Positions 1 to 9,721 of a stretch of 64,000 bases of DNA are shown piece after piece; positions within the stretch are counted from its first letter, which is position 1, and every line of letters starts with the position of its first letter. Source of the stretch: a virus; IMG/VR virus record IMGVR_UViG_3300042731_004976, positions 103,993 to 167,992 of that record; one strand, given 5' to 3'. The notes under the pieces were generated by a model. It made no database searches and was not told the DNA's origin. It saw nothing but the letters and a program-made list of their open reading frames with translations. The position numbers were made by a program, and so were the translations under genes.

Positions 1-22
1 CATCGAGAAGATCGCTGAGTAC

Positions 23-304
23 GTGGACGCTCGTTCGAAGGAATGGATCAGGTTGTACGGTCCGGAGATGGTCAGGCGTCAGCGCCGGGCCAAGTGGGGC
101 GTGGTTGCCAAGACGCTTCGGGAGAAGCACCCTGAGGCAGCGAAGCGCGCTACGACCTTCGAGGGATGCTCCAAGGGGATCCGTGCGCACTTCGTGCTCG
201 ACCGCAAGGAGGCCGATGCGGTGCTCGTCCTGTTGGAGACCTTCGCCAAACAGAAGGAGAAGGCGGCCAAGAAGGCGAAGCCCTCACCCGCTCCTGTAGC
301 TTGA
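23..304 (+). CDS. hypothetical protein (5' end may lie outside the window)
   Basis: Open frame with typical codon usage, ending just at the next promoter. Confidence 0.5.
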   Translation: MDARSKEWIRLYGPEMVRRQRRAKWGVVAKTLREKHPEAAKRATTFEGCSKGIRAHFVLDRKEADAVLVLLETFAKQKEKAAKKAKPSPAPVA

Positions 305-329
305 CTATCGCCCGGCTTACTGATAGGTA
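301..329 (+). promoter_or_regulatory. sigma70-type promoter
   Basis: TTGACT-N17-TAGGTA, 8 nt before ATG 338. Confidence 0.55.
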
Positions 330-337
330 GCTCAGGC

Positions 338-868
338 ATGAATGAACTACTAGAGAAAGCAAGAGCCTTCGCGGAGAAGGCGCATGGTGACCAGAAGTAC
401 GGTAAGCAGCCGTACATGGTTCACGTAGACGCGGTGGCAGGTGTTCTGCTTCAGCGTTTTCAGGGACCGGAGGCGGATAAGGAGGAGATCCAGGAACTGA
501 TCGCGGCTGCTTATCTGCACGACACCCTGGAGGACACGGACACCACGAGGGAAGACCTCGTGCGTGAGTTCGGCGACGCCGTCGCCATGCTCGTGGACGC
601 TGTGACTGATGGTAAGGGGAAGAATCGAAAGGAGCGCAAGCAGCGTCCCTACAAGTTGATCCCAATGGTCCGTTGGTCCCTCTTCCTCAAGCTGGCGGAC
701 CGCGTAGCGAATGTGGAGGCCGCGAAGGCCGAGGGTCGTGAAGACCTCGTGGCCATGTACCGCAAAGAGCAGCCGGAGTTCCAGTTTCGGCTGTTGGACT
801 CAGCCAATTCGATTGGAGAGCAGGCGCTGTTCAGTCGCTTGAATCGCCTTCTGGAGACGGAGGAGTGA
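338..868 (+). CDS. RelA/SpoT-type (Mesh1-like) HD hydrolase, putative (p)ppGpp hydrolase
   Basis: AH-x-Q...PYMVH, AAYLHDTLEDT, KLADRVAN motifs. Confidence 0.85.
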   Translation: MNELLEKARAFAEKAHGDQKYGKQPYMVHVDAVAGVLLQRFQGPEADKEEIQELIAAAYLHDTLEDTDTTREDLVREFGDAVAMLVDAVTDGKGKNRKERKQRPYKLIPMVRWSLFLKLADRVANVEAAKAEGREDLVAMYRKEQPEFQFRLLDSANSIGEQALFSRLNRLLETEE

Positions 869-1080
869 CGAACGCTGAGTTGGGCCTGGCACGTTGGTTC
901 GCCGACAAGGTAGCAACCGAAGCGAGGCTGCCGAAGTACGTTCAGCGCGAGGTGCTTGGCATGGGCTTTGAGCCTGAGACCGGTGCCCTGCGCGTCAAGC
1001 TACGTCAGGTGTCGGAGGACGGAACCGAGAAGGAAACGTCCTTCCGTTTCGTCCCCGAGCTGGATTGGAGGAAAGGGTAG
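865..1080 (+). CDS. hypothetical protein
   Basis: GTGA overlap with the upstream gene. Confidence 0.55.
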   Translation: MTNAELGLARWFADKVATEARLPKYVQREVLGMGFEPETGALRVKLRQVSEDGTEKETSFRFVPELDWRKG

Positions 1081-1633
1081 TGAACTTCGTGATCTTCGGT
1101 GTGCCGGTGCACTTCTGTCAGCAAGAGCTAGCAGCGATGATGGCCGCTCTTCCTTTTGCGGGTGTGATCGTGGCTCGGGTTCGTACGTGGTGGAGGAGTC
1201 GGTGGGAACGAACCTGAACCTGTGCAAAGAATGGGGCGCGCCTGTGGAGGTGGAATGCCCTTCCTGCCATGCGCTGACGTACACCCCGTTCGAGGAGTAC
1301 GATGTGGAGGTCGCGCGACAGGTAGGGGACAACTTGTACGAGCTACCCACGCTGTGCATGCACTGCGAGCACGAGTGGAACTTCGTATGGGCTCCCATCC
1401 AAAAAGACTCTTTGATGATGGACGAGGACACCAAGCGTCGAGCGATTTACGGACTCGGTCTGCGTGCGATTCGGTACTACGTAGACACCGGGATCTGTGT
1501 GTTCTGTGAACCTGAGGGCGATACGCACGAAGAGCACTGCAATCTCGGTGAGCTGGTAGACGCTCTCCCGAGTGAGGAGCGCATTTGGGCGAAGGCGGAG
1601 CAGCACGCGAACGAGCGGTCGGAAGAGGACTGA
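956..1633 (+). CDS. zinc-ribbon protein (true start probably near 1200)
   Basis: CPSC, CMHC and CVFC pairs. Confidence 0.5.
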   Translation: MAWALSLRPVPCASSYVRCRRTEPRRKRPSVSSPSWIGGKGSELRDLRCAGALLSARASSDDGRSSFCGCDRGSGSYVVEESVGTNLNLCKEWGAPVEVECPSCHALTYTPFEEYDVEVARQVGDNLYELPTLCMHCEHEWNFVWAPIQKDSLMMDEDTKRRAIYGLGLRAIRYYVDTGICVFCEPEGDTHEEHCNLGELVDALPSEERIWAKAEQHANERSEED

Positions 1634-1911
1634 TGCGTAACCCGTTCGAATTCAATCCGGTCCGGCTTCCTCCTGGAAGCCTGCGCCACGTCGGTTCCTA
1701 CAAGGGGCGGGACGGCAAGGTGCTCAAGATCATGCGGTACCCGACCGCGTGGGATCCGAACGACGACGGTCCCGTGGGTTGGGAGCAAGACTGGAGCCCC
1801 CTCCCTATGGGAGAGATCAAACGTGAGCCCATGAAGGTGCCGACCGGCGGCCTCTTCTACCTGGACTACAAGTACGAAAAGGACTCCCGTGGAAAAGCAG
1901 ATACTGAATAG
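1633..1911 (+). CDS. small protein with a gp23-like segment at the C-terminus
   Basis: EPMKVPTGGLFYLDYKY resembles T4 gp23 QPMNSPTGQVFAL. Confidence 0.5.
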   Translation: MRNPFEFNPVRLPPGSLRHVGSYKGRDGKVLKIMRYPTAWDPNDDGPVGWEQDWSPLPMGEIKREPMKVPTGGLFYLDYKYEKDSRGKADTE

Positions 1912-2070
1912 AACCGAAACCCTGGCCCTCATGCGCGTTCTCCAAGTGGGGCTCGACACCCCGGGGGCTCCGCCTCTGTCGGATCACGAGCGTCGAACAG
2001 CAGAAGCGGCGGGCGGTAAGATCGCTCAGCTCTTCATGGTGGCGAACAGCGTGGAGATCTCCGAGGGCTT

Positions 2071-2559
2071 GTGATGGAGGACGGTCGGCACGACCCTCCT
2101 TCCGAACGGGAGCTGCGGGAGTGGGAGACGCTGCGTTCCTACAGCGATCCGGGTCCGGAGGTGGTTCGAAGGATCGTGCGTACTGCCTTCCCTGTTCTCT
2201 TGGACAACCGCAACCGCTTGGCCGAAGAGGTCGAGCGCTTGAAGGAGACCTATGTTCCGCAGGACGTAGCGGCGGAGTGCATCGAGCGTTTGAAGAAAGC
2301 TCTAGACGGTCCTCCCGAGGAGCAAGCCAATACGCTCTGGGACATGGTACACGAGGTCTGCGAGCGCTACGAACGGATGTTCGGGTTTTTCGCTCATCAG
2401 TCTTTCGATCTCGACGACGACCCGAACATCACTTGCGTGTTCTGCGGCAAGGAGGGTTGCGACGCTTCTTTCGTTACTCGGGCTGGAGGAGTGACCGCGG
2501 GCCACGGGCTTCACATCGACTGCCGCAAGGCTGCTAGGAAGCTGCTGAGGTTGTGGTGA
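2071..2559 (+). CDS. hypothetical protein with C-terminal Zn finger
   Basis: CVFC...HIDC; coupled to neighbouring genes. Confidence 0.55.
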   Translation: MMEDGRHDPPSERELREWETLRSYSDPGPEVVRRIVRTAFPVLLDNRNRLAEEVERLKETYVPQDVAAECIERLKKALDGPPEEQANTLWDMVHEVCERYERMFGFFAHQSFDLDDDPNITCVFCGKEGCDASFVTRAGGVTAGHGLHIDCRKAARKLLRLW

Positions 2560-2831
2560 TAGGTCCCTGCGTAGGCTCTGGATACTGCTGCAAGAAGGCG
2601 CCCTGCGGATACGGGGAGCCAGACGAGACGGGAGGCTGCCGGTTCCTCGTGGTGTGGGATCAAAACGAGACGAAGACAGAGCGCTATCGCTGTGGGAAGT
2701 ACGAGGAGATCCAAGATCTCCCCGGGGCTGACCTCATGCCTGCCTTTGGTGCGGGTTGTTGCTCCTCGTTTTTCAACGAGCGGCGAGATGCTGTTCTCAT
2801 CGAGCTTCGAACACCGCGAAAGGTTGGCTGA
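2553..2831 (+). CDS. small Cys-rich protein
   Basis: CVGSGYCCKKAPC, GCC clusters. Confidence 0.55.
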   Translation: MVIGPCVGSGYCCKKAPCGYGEPDETGGCRFLVVWDQNETKTERYRCGKYEEIQDLPGADLMPAFGAGCCSSFFNERRDAVLIELRTPRKVG

Positions 2832-2993
2832 ATGGTTCGGGTTACTTGTGAACGTTGTGGGGTCCGTTGGGATGTGGACACGAGCCGCTTCGGCGCGGAA
2901 CCTGTGGAACACACTTGCCCTGCTTGTTCGAGAGCCCTCGACACGCTCCCTGTGTTCCTTTTCTACATCGTCCTCGGTATCGCGTTTTTCGCC

Positions 2994-3956
2994 CTATGCG
3001 CGGCTCTCTAGCAAGCTCTCCGGAGCTTCGACGTGTTGCAAAGTCCTAGCGTCGTCCTTGTTGATCAGGTCCGGACGCTTCTTCTCGTACATCGCTCGGA
3101 GTTGCGGGGGTAGCCACGTCATTGCCGTGAATCCTTGGGCGTCGAACCAGGGGAAGGGCTTCTTCGATTCACGGAGGCGATGCTCGATTCCTACCGGGAG
3201 TTTTCCGTTATCCCGCATGTTGAGCGGCTGTCCGCTCGCGACGATGAAGCCCCATGTACTCATGAAGCTGCTGATGCCGACTCGATACGGCATCGTGTGA
3301 GGGAACACGCTGCGCACGGTTTCGTAGAGCGTGTGGAAATTGTCCCCTTCCTTGCCCATGAACTCGCCAGCCTGCATGGCGAAAACTCCCCCGTCTGCTA
3401 GGCGCCTTCGGACGAGCCAGAAGAACTCCTGCGTGTACCCTCGTTGCGACTCGGCGCATGAAGCAGGGTCTCCCAGGTCTAGGATGATCACGTCGAACTG
3501 ATACTCGCCCTCGTAGTCCAAGGCCGTTCGAATGTCGTGGTGCAGTACCGTCACCCGTGGATCCTCGAAGGCGCCCTGATGCCACTCCGGAAGATGCTCC
3601 TTGCACGCAGCGACTACGCGCGCGTCTATGTCGATCATTGCTACGTGTCTGATGTCCGAATGCTTCAAGACCTCGCGCAGCGTAGCTCCTTCAGCGCCTC
3701 CGCCGATGAGCACTCGCTCGGGACGCATGTGTAGAAACATGCCAGGATGCACCAAGGCCGAATGATACAAGCCCTCGTCCACAGCTGCGCTGTTCAACAC
3801 CTGGTCCAGGAAGAGTGCCTTGCCGAACGCTTTCGTCTCAACGATGAGCACATGCTGGTAGGGCGTCTGCTCTACGTGGCGAACGACGTCCCCTATTTCG
3901 ATGATGGTCTCCACTCCCGTAAGGGCCCCCGTCGGGTCCGTCACATGCCTTGCCAT
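2994..3956 (-). CDS. speE: spermidine synthase (aminopropyltransferase)
   Basis: TPYQHV, FGKALFLD, LIGGGAEGATLREVLKH, DID, DVIILD motifs; start set at MARHV. Confidence 0.9.
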   Translation of the reverse strand: MARHVTDPTGALTGVETIIEIGDVVRHVEQTPYQHVLIVETKAFGKALFLDQVLNSAAVDEGLYHSALVHPGMFLHMRPERVLIGGGAEGATLREVLKHSDIRHVAMIDIDARVVAACKEHLPEWHQGAFEDPRVTVLHHDIRTALDYEGEYQFDVIILDLGDPASCAESQRGYTQEFFWLVRRRLADGGVFAMQAGEFMGKEGDNFHTLYETVRSVFPHTMPYRVGISSFMSTWGFIVASGQPLNMRDNGKLPVGIEHRLRESKKPFPWFDAQGFTAMTWLPPQLRAMYEKKRPDLINKDDARTLQHVEAPESLLESRA

Positions 3957-4047
3957 TCCCCTATGGTCTAGCCGTCCGCCGCAGGCGACAACCCCTTCTG
4001 TGCAATGTAGGTGAAGGTAGGGAACGGATCTTTTTTCTCTCCTCTTC

Positions 4048-4076
4048 TTGACTATCCCTAATCTATGCGATAGGGT
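4048..4076 (+). promoter_or_regulatory. sigma70-type promoter, leaderless
   Basis: TTGACT-N17-TAGGGT-N6-ATG(4083). Confidence 0.7.
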
Positions 4077-4082
4077 TAGAGC

Positions 4083-4451
4083 ATGAAGGAAGAGCAAGGC
4101 CCCAAGGCCACGAAGAAACAGGGACAATCCTCCAAGCACTCCGCTGCGAGCATTCGCGATCTTCTTCTGAAGAGCGACAAGGCCGTGGAGCGGGCGCTGG
4201 TGGCGATCTACGCTCGCCAGACTGCGGACGAGAAGCAATCGCACGTGACCAAGCACACGAACAACGTCGGCTTCAACAAGCCGGACTCGAACTACTGCAC
4301 CTATCTCGCGAAGTGGTGCCTCAAGGGCAAGTCCCTCTCAGGCAAGCACCTTCAGCAGGGCCGTGCTCGGGTGCTCAAATACGCGGGGCAGCTCGCGGCC
4401 ATCGCCAACGCCAAGGAAGCGGCCAAGGTCGCTCAGAAGGTGGCTGCGTGA
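4083..4451 (+). CDS. conserved phage hypothetical protein
   Basis: AVERALVAIYARQTADE...NNVGF motif; own promoter. Confidence 0.7.
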   Translation: MKEEQGPKATKKQGQSSKHSAASIRDLLLKSDKAVERALVAIYARQTADEKQSHVTKHTNNVGFNKPDSNYCTYLAKWCLKGKSLSGKHLQQGRARVLKYAGQLAAIANAKEAAKVAQKVAA

Positions 4452-4790
4452 GCTTCGATTCTGACCTCCCTCCGAACGTCGTTCTCGTGCGCATCATCTT
4501 CGAGGAAGAGTACTTCCTTGGCGGTGCCTACGAGGTGACCGAGGACGAGTGGTCCAAGCTGATTGTTTCGGCAGTCCAGCGCAAGGATGGTGCCTACGAG
4601 GGGCGGACGGTGAACAGTCGATTGCTCGACATGATCACGGATCGCGAAGACGTTGGTCCCCTCTACACTTCAGGAGACGTGATCGCCATCGAGCGCTGCG
4701 TGTCCTTCATCGACTTGAACAGAAACGTATACTGAAAACAATTCCCATACGTGCGGCAGAGCCGCTGACGTCGGAAAGGTTGAAAAGGAA

Positions 4791-5756
4791 ATGTGGGTAT
4801 TCACTACGATCGGGTTCTTTAGCATTGTCGCGGACCGCTACGACAAGGAAGGGCGTCGTCTCATGGTCCGAGCGCGCGCCAAGAAGGATTTGGAGCGACT
4901 CCAGAAGCAGTACCTACACGATCTCACCATCGTGGACAGTACGAGAGAGCAGTTCCAAGTCAAGGACGGCAAGGGAGGTCACTACTACCGAAGCTCGGAC
5001 TATCCCTACCGGGCGTTTGTCACTCGGCGTGCGTTGGCCAATGCGATGCGCCGCATGGTCATGGACCTGGTGTACACGAACTTCAAGAGCGAGGTGATGA
5101 AGATCGACGGCTCCGTTCGTGAGGGCGTCTACATGGACGTGTGGAGCACGATGCGTGCGGCGGAGGACAAGGGGAAGCTCAACGGCACCTACAAGCCCCG
5201 TCCCTTCAAGAGTTACAGCGGCGGTAGGAGCAGCAGCCAGCTCTCCTTCGGCGACACGCGCTACGACCTTCCTCCGTCTCTCATGGATCACTTCATGGGC
5301 GGGGGCAACGAGCCGGAGCTAGATCCCGAGGAGGAAGAAGCGTTCCTTGCCGAGCACCCGGAGATGGCTGACCCTTTCTTCTGGAGGGACGGCGAGGGGC
5401 ACACAAGCGACGACGCCGATCCCGACGACGAAGACGAGGAACGAAGGGCCATCGAGGAGGAAGCGGCATCTGACGCTCCCATGGAGTTCGATTCGATCGA
5501 AGACGTGCTTGCTCACTTCCGCACCGAAGGTCTGGACGATGGAGAGTCCCTCTTGCCCTCCAAGGCGGCCGAGCTTCCCACGGACGGACGTTCGTCCTGG
5601 ATCGATACCACCGGAGGTTTGGTGCCCCTGGTGGACCTATCCGAACCCAAGGAGCCTGAAACATCGGAGCCTCCCCCGAGCCCCAAGAAGCCGAACCCCA
5701 AGAGCAAGAAGACGGGTAGGAAGGCGAAGAACAAGGGCAAGGGGAAGAAGAAGTAG
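4791..5756 (+). CDS. phage protein with acidic and Lys-rich tail
   Basis: MWVFTTIGFFSIV...VRAR...DYPYRA...YTNFK; SD AAGGA. Confidence 0.7.
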   Translation: MWVFTTIGFFSIVADRYDKEGRRLMVRARAKKDLERLQKQYLHDLTIVDSTREQFQVKDGKGGHYYRSSDYPYRAFVTRRALANAMRRMVMDLVYTNFKSEVMKIDGSVREGVYMDVWSTMRAAEDKGKLNGTYKPRPFKSYSGGRSSSQLSFGDTRYDLPPSLMDHFMGGGNEPELDPEEEEAFLAEHPEMADPFFWRDGEGHTSDDADPDDEDEERRAIEEEAASDAPMEFDSIEDVLAHFRTEGLDDGESLLPSKAAELPTDGRSSWIDTTGGLVPLVDLSEPKEPETSEPPPSPKKPNPKSKKTGRKAKNKGKGKKK

Positions 5757-5801
5757 CGCCGGTTTTTTGGCCATCCTCTTTCTGACTGGTAAGGTTGAAA
5801 C

Positions 5802-6458
5802 ATGCAGACCTACGTGATTTATGCAAACCACGATGCTATGACCGAAGAGCAGCGCGCTCTTGCTTCCTCGGGGAGAACGTTCGTCGACCCAGATCTATAC
5901 GACGTCGTCTTCTCCGAGGAGGACTCGGGAGGGCTCACCCCACCCTTCTACGGCGCTCAGGTGTTGGCCGCCTTCAATGTGCACGGTGGTATGCACGAGC
6001 GCTTGGGGCTTCGGAAGCTCGGCCCCGGAGACTGTGTGGGTGTGGGGGCTCATCTACTAGCTTGTGACGAGGACCTACTCTGGTTCCCAGTTCCCAACGG
6101 AGACACCCTGCTCCATCTGATCAAGAAGAAGTGCATTCGGGTGGTGCGTAAGGCCCCGGGAAAGGATCCGGAGGTCATCCATACGTTTCGAACGCTTGCG
6201 AACCTCCAAGCCCTGGTTGACGGTCCCATCGAGATGTATCGCTTTGGCGATCAGTACCGAGTCGTGGTGTCTGAAATGGGGAACGCGCTCCCTGCGAACT
6301 ACTCCGAGAACATAGTGCTGTCCTCCGTGGCTCCTTATCCCCTTCGAGGTACGATCATCGTTGCCCGAGAAGGGGGTTGTGAGCTGGTCGACATGACCGA
6401 GGATGAAGCAGCACATGTCGTGGAGGTCCTCACTCGCTCAGGAAGGAAGGCATCATGA
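5802..6458 (+). CDS. DUF3846-like domain protein
   Basis: TLANLQALVDGPIE...LRGTIIV; promoter TTGGCC-N17-TAAGGT-N6-ATG. Confidence 0.55.
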   Translation: MQTYVIYANHDAMTEEQRALASSGRTFVDPDLYDVVFSEEDSGGLTPPFYGAQVLAAFNVHGGMHERLGLRKLGPGDCVGVGAHLLACDEDLLWFPVPNGDTLLHLIKKKCIRVVRKAPGKDPEVIHTFRTLANLQALVDGPIEMYRFGDQYRVVVSEMGNALPANYSENIVLSSVAPYPLRGTIIVAREGGCELVDMTEDEAAHVVEVLTRSGRKAS

Positions 6459-6640
6459 AAGATCGAACCTTGTTGGTTCTGGGGGTCCTTGCGGTTTGGG
6501 CTTTTCACCAGACCGCGGAAGTACAGGCGGCCCCCAACCCGCCTCCGTCGAGTTTCGCTTCGCGGCAGACGAGGGCGTTGGAAGAGATCGCCACACAGCT
6601 CAAGAAGCTGAACACGGAGATGGGCAAATGCAGACGCTGA
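6455..6640 (+). CDS. small signal-peptide protein
   Basis: Hydrophobic N-terminus, SD, ATGA coupling. Confidence 0.5.
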   Translation: MKDRTLLVLGVLAVWAFHQTAEVQAAPNPPPSSFASRQTRALEEIATQLKKLNTEMGKCRR

Positions 6641-7851
6641 TCCTTTTGTTGGGGCTGCTGTTCCTCGGGGCTTGCGGAAGCGCCGACCAACCGAGCCCAT
6701 TTTCTGACCTCTCAGCTCCCGACAGTTCCTTTGGGGGCTCCCCGGGAGTCAGCGGTGGGGCTCAAGGAGAAAGTGGCTCTGGAGGCATCTCAGGGGCCGG
6801 AACAGGGGGTTCGGCCGGAGCCCTCGCGGAGCCCCTCGATGCAGGCGCTGATGCCCCGGTCTTTTGGGATGCTACGGTTGTGGATGGTTCCTCTTCGGAT
6901 GGGGCTGTAGACGGCTCCCTAGGCGGCTTTGGAAGCTTCGGAGGCGGAGGGTCGTCTGGTTCCGCAGGAGCGCTCTCGGGCGGTTCTGGGGGCTCTGGAG
7001 GGGACTCTGGCGCGGGTGCTGGGGGTCTGGGAGGGTCTGCTGGTTCTGGAGGGCTTGGGGCTTCTGGGGCTTCTGGGGGTACCGGGGGTGTAGCCGGAAC
7101 CGGAGGCGGCGGGTCCGGAGGTCTTGGGGGCTCCGGAGGTCAGGCACCGAACTGCGTCCAGGACCAGTTCAACAACCAGTGCCGGGATTCTGCGGAGAAC
7201 GACGGTTGGCTCCAGACCGACAAGCTGGGCAAGTGCTTCCAAGATCGATGCTGTAGCGGCTGTACGGAGGGCGGGGTCGTGAACGGCACATCGTGCGAGC
7301 CAGGAACCTCGTTGCGAGCGTGCGGGTATGGGGGGCTTGCGTGCGAGGACTGCGAGGACTTCAACGAGTGCACCGACGATGCATGCGTTGGAGGAACCCT
7401 CTGCTCGAACCAGGGCAAGATCGATGTGGCTTGCACGAGCATCAGTTCCACGGGCAAAGGCGTGTGCAAAGCGCAGATAGGAGGAAGTTACGGATGCATC
7501 CCATGCGGAGGCATCGCCGAGCTGTGCTGCGTCGGAGACACGTGTGACAGCGGCCTGAGTTGTGTCAACGATCGATGCAAGGCGCCTTGTGGCAACAGTG
7601 GTGAGGTGTGCTGCTCTGGCAGCTACTGCAACACGGGACTGTTCTGTCAGAGCGGGACGTGCGAGGCCCCGCCGTCGTGCGGGGGACTCAACGAAGCATG
7701 CTGCGCTACGGGATCCCAGTGCAAGAGTTCGCTGAGCGCCTGTGTCAACGGCGTGTGTATCTCTTGCGGCAATCCCAATGGTCCCTGTTGTCCGGGCGCG
7801 GTCTGTACTAGTGGGTACTTTTGCATCGGAGGCTCGTGCGGTACGAGGTGA
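6628..7851 (+). CDS. lipoprotein with Gly-rich linker and Cys-rich repeats (myxobacterial style)
   Basis: MQTLILLLGLLFLGAC lipobox; GGSGG linker; repeated CG-x4-CC units. Confidence 0.8.
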   Translation: MQTLILLLGLLFLGACGSADQPSPFSDLSAPDSSFGGSPGVSGGAQGESGSGGISGAGTGGSAGALAEPLDAGADAPVFWDATVVDGSSSDGAVDGSLGGFGSFGGGGSSGSAGALSGGSGGSGGDSGAGAGGLGGSAGSGGLGASGASGGTGGVAGTGGGGSGGLGGSGGQAPNCVQDQFNNQCRDSAENDGWLQTDKLGKCFQDRCCSGCTEGGVVNGTSCEPGTSLRACGYGGLACEDCEDFNECTDDACVGGTLCSNQGKIDVACTSISSTGKGVCKAQIGGSYGCIPCGGIAELCCVGDTCDSGLSCVNDRCKAPCGNSGEVCCSGSYCNTGLFCQSGTCEAPPSCGGLNEACCATGSQCKSSLSACVNGVCISCGNPNGPCCPGAVCTSGYFCIGGSCGTR

Positions 7852-8031
7852 TGTCATGTCCCGCTGCCCCGTCTGTTTGAATCCCCAGGCATCATCCAAG
7901 AGCAAGTCCTCAGAGAGGGAACGCATGGAGCGCAACCTTGCTGCATTGAAACGCGAAGAGGAAGCGCTCCAGAAGAAGTTGCACGACAACTTGGTCAGGC
8001 AGCATCGGCTCGAAGCGGTGCTGAAGGACGC

Positions 8032-8060
8032 TTGACTATCCGTTCTCTTAGAGGTATAGC
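8032..8060 (+). promoter_or_regulatory. sigma70-type promoter
   Basis: TTGACT-N17-TATAGC. Confidence 0.6.
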
Positions 8061-8091
8061 AACGACTTTATGAACGAGAAAAGGATTTCGA

Positions 8092-8724
8092 ATGTCGCAG
8101 CATCGACGAGTACGTGACTTTGGCACCGATCCCAAGGCAAACCTCTTCCAGGCGGCTATTCCCGGAGGCCGAGGCATCGAGGCATCAGAGGCGCGAGGTC
8201 AGGTCGAGTTGGTGAACAGCACCCAATTGCCTTTTCAAGGCAGCGATGACCCGGCTTTGGCGGCTGCTGGTGTGGTGGTCGGGGGAGAGACGAACGGGAA
8301 TGACATGCGGAATGCGGGGAAGCCGCTCTTCATCGACGCAACGCTTCCCGCGGGTTGGAAGAAGGTCGGTACGGATCACGACATGTGGTCCAAGCTCGTA
8401 GACGAGAAGGGGCGTACTCGCGCCACAATGTTCTACAAGGCGGCGTTCTACGATCAGAGCGCGTTCATGGGTACGGTGGGCCGCTTCAACATTCAGCGGA
8501 AGTACATCGAGGGCAACGACAACACCTACGTGTTGGAGGTACGTGACTGCGAGGAGCCGATCTTCTCCGTCACCCGCGAGCTTCCAGGCAAGCAGAAGGA
8601 GCGCACTCGCGAGCAGTGGTCGGAGTGCGACGCGATCGAGAAGGAAGCGGCGGCTGTCTGTGAGAAGTGGCTCGTGGATCAGGGCTATCCCGAGTGGAAG
8701 GACCACTCGAAGTACTGGGACTGA
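8092..8724 (+). CDS. conserved phage hypothetical protein
   Basis: GIEASEARGQ...LPAGW...DHDMWS...FYKAAFYD. Confidence 0.7.
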   Translation: MSQHRRVRDFGTDPKANLFQAAIPGGRGIEASEARGQVELVNSTQLPFQGSDDPALAAAGVVVGGETNGNDMRNAGKPLFIDATLPAGWKKVGTDHDMWSKLVDEKGRTRATMFYKAAFYDQSAFMGTVGRFNIQRKYIEGNDNTYVLEVRDCEEPIFSVTRELPGKQKERTREQWSECDAIEKEAAAVCEKWLVDQGYPEWKDHSKYWD

Positions 8725-8727
8725 GAC

Positions 8728-9243
8728 GTGCTCAAGTACTTGGTAGGCGACGCGACGCGGCCCGTGGGTGGTGGTGAGAAGATCATCACCCATTGTTGCA
8801 ACGACCTCGGGCGTTGGGGATCGGGCTTCGTCGTGCCTCTCGGTCGGCTCTACCCGAGTGCGAAGTTCGCCTACCACCGCTGGTGTGAGGGGTTGGACGA
8901 TCCTTCCTACTCCGCGACGGGTCTCATGGGTTTGGGAGAGATCCAGTTCGTTCAGGTCGAACCGCACCTGTGGGTGGTCAACATCATCGGGCAGCATGGA
9001 GTGATCGATCGCACCCCTGCGGGAGAGGGGCCTCCCATTCGATACGAAGCGATTCGGCAGGGGTTCGCCAAGCTACGGGGTTTCGCAACGCTGCGGAGTG
9101 CGAGCGTCCACATGCCTCGGATGGGTGCGGGACTCGCGGGAGGGCAGTGGGAAGAGATCGAGAAGCTCATCAACGCGGAGCTACTTAGCGGGGGCTTGGA
9201 CGTCTTCGTTTACGACTTGCCTACGAAGGAGGCGAGCTTCTGA
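8728..9243 (+). CDS. macrodomain protein (Poa1p/TARG1/DarG-like ADP-ribose processing)
   Basis: YLVGDAT, IITHCCNDLGRWGSGF, MPRMGAGLAGGQW. Confidence 0.85.
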   Translation: MLKYLVGDATRPVGGGEKIITHCCNDLGRWGSGFVVPLGRLYPSAKFAYHRWCEGLDDPSYSATGLMGLGEIQFVQVEPHLWVVNIIGQHGVIDRTPAGEGPPIRYEAIRQGFAKLRGFATLRSASVHMPRMGAGLAGGQWEEIEKLINAELLSGGLDVFVYDLPTKEASF

Positions 9244-9244
9244 C

Positions 9245-9721
9245 ATGGGCTACTTCAGTAACAACGATGAAGGTTCGGCATACGAGGAACGCTACTGCTC
9301 TCGGTGCATCCACGGCGGGGAGGACTTGGAGTGTCCTGTGATCTTCGTTCACGCGATGTACGCCTACAAGGAGTGCGGCAAGGGTTCGAACGCGGAGCGC
9401 ATCCTCAACATACTGATCCCTCGTGCGAAGAACGGTGTGGGCAACGAGCAGTGCAAGATGTTTGTCGCGCGCACGGGTTCTGAGGAGGACGAAAGCGAAG
9501 ATGCTGCTGTGCTCCGGATCATCGAAACGGACAAGAGCATCGCCGAAGCGTTCGCTCGCTTCGTTGCGGAGCCTATGTCCGTCAAGGCGCATCTCACGGA
9601 TTGGGAGTTCAAGCTCGCATGCGAAGCTCCGATCGTCTTCGAGAAGTACAAGGGCTTCACGTGGAAGCAGCGCCGCAGTCTTCGTCAGATCGTGCAGAAG
9701 ATCATTAAAGGACAAGGGTGA
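9245..9721 (+). CDS. Cys-containing hypothetical protein
   Basis: YFSN..EG..Y...CSRC...CP...C motif. Confidence 0.55.
   Translation: MGYFSNNDEGSAYEERYCSRCIHGGEDLECPVIFVHAMYAYKECGKGSNAERILNILIPRAKNGVGNEQCKMFVARTGSEEDESEDAAVLRIIETDKSIAEAFARFVAEPMSVKAHLTDWEFKLACEAPIVFEKYKGFTWKQRRSLRQIVQKIIKGQG

Noticed and set aside
6730-7140. G-rich low-complexity tract as a DNA repeat element
   Set aside because: Explained by the Gly/Ser/Ala linker of the lipoprotein
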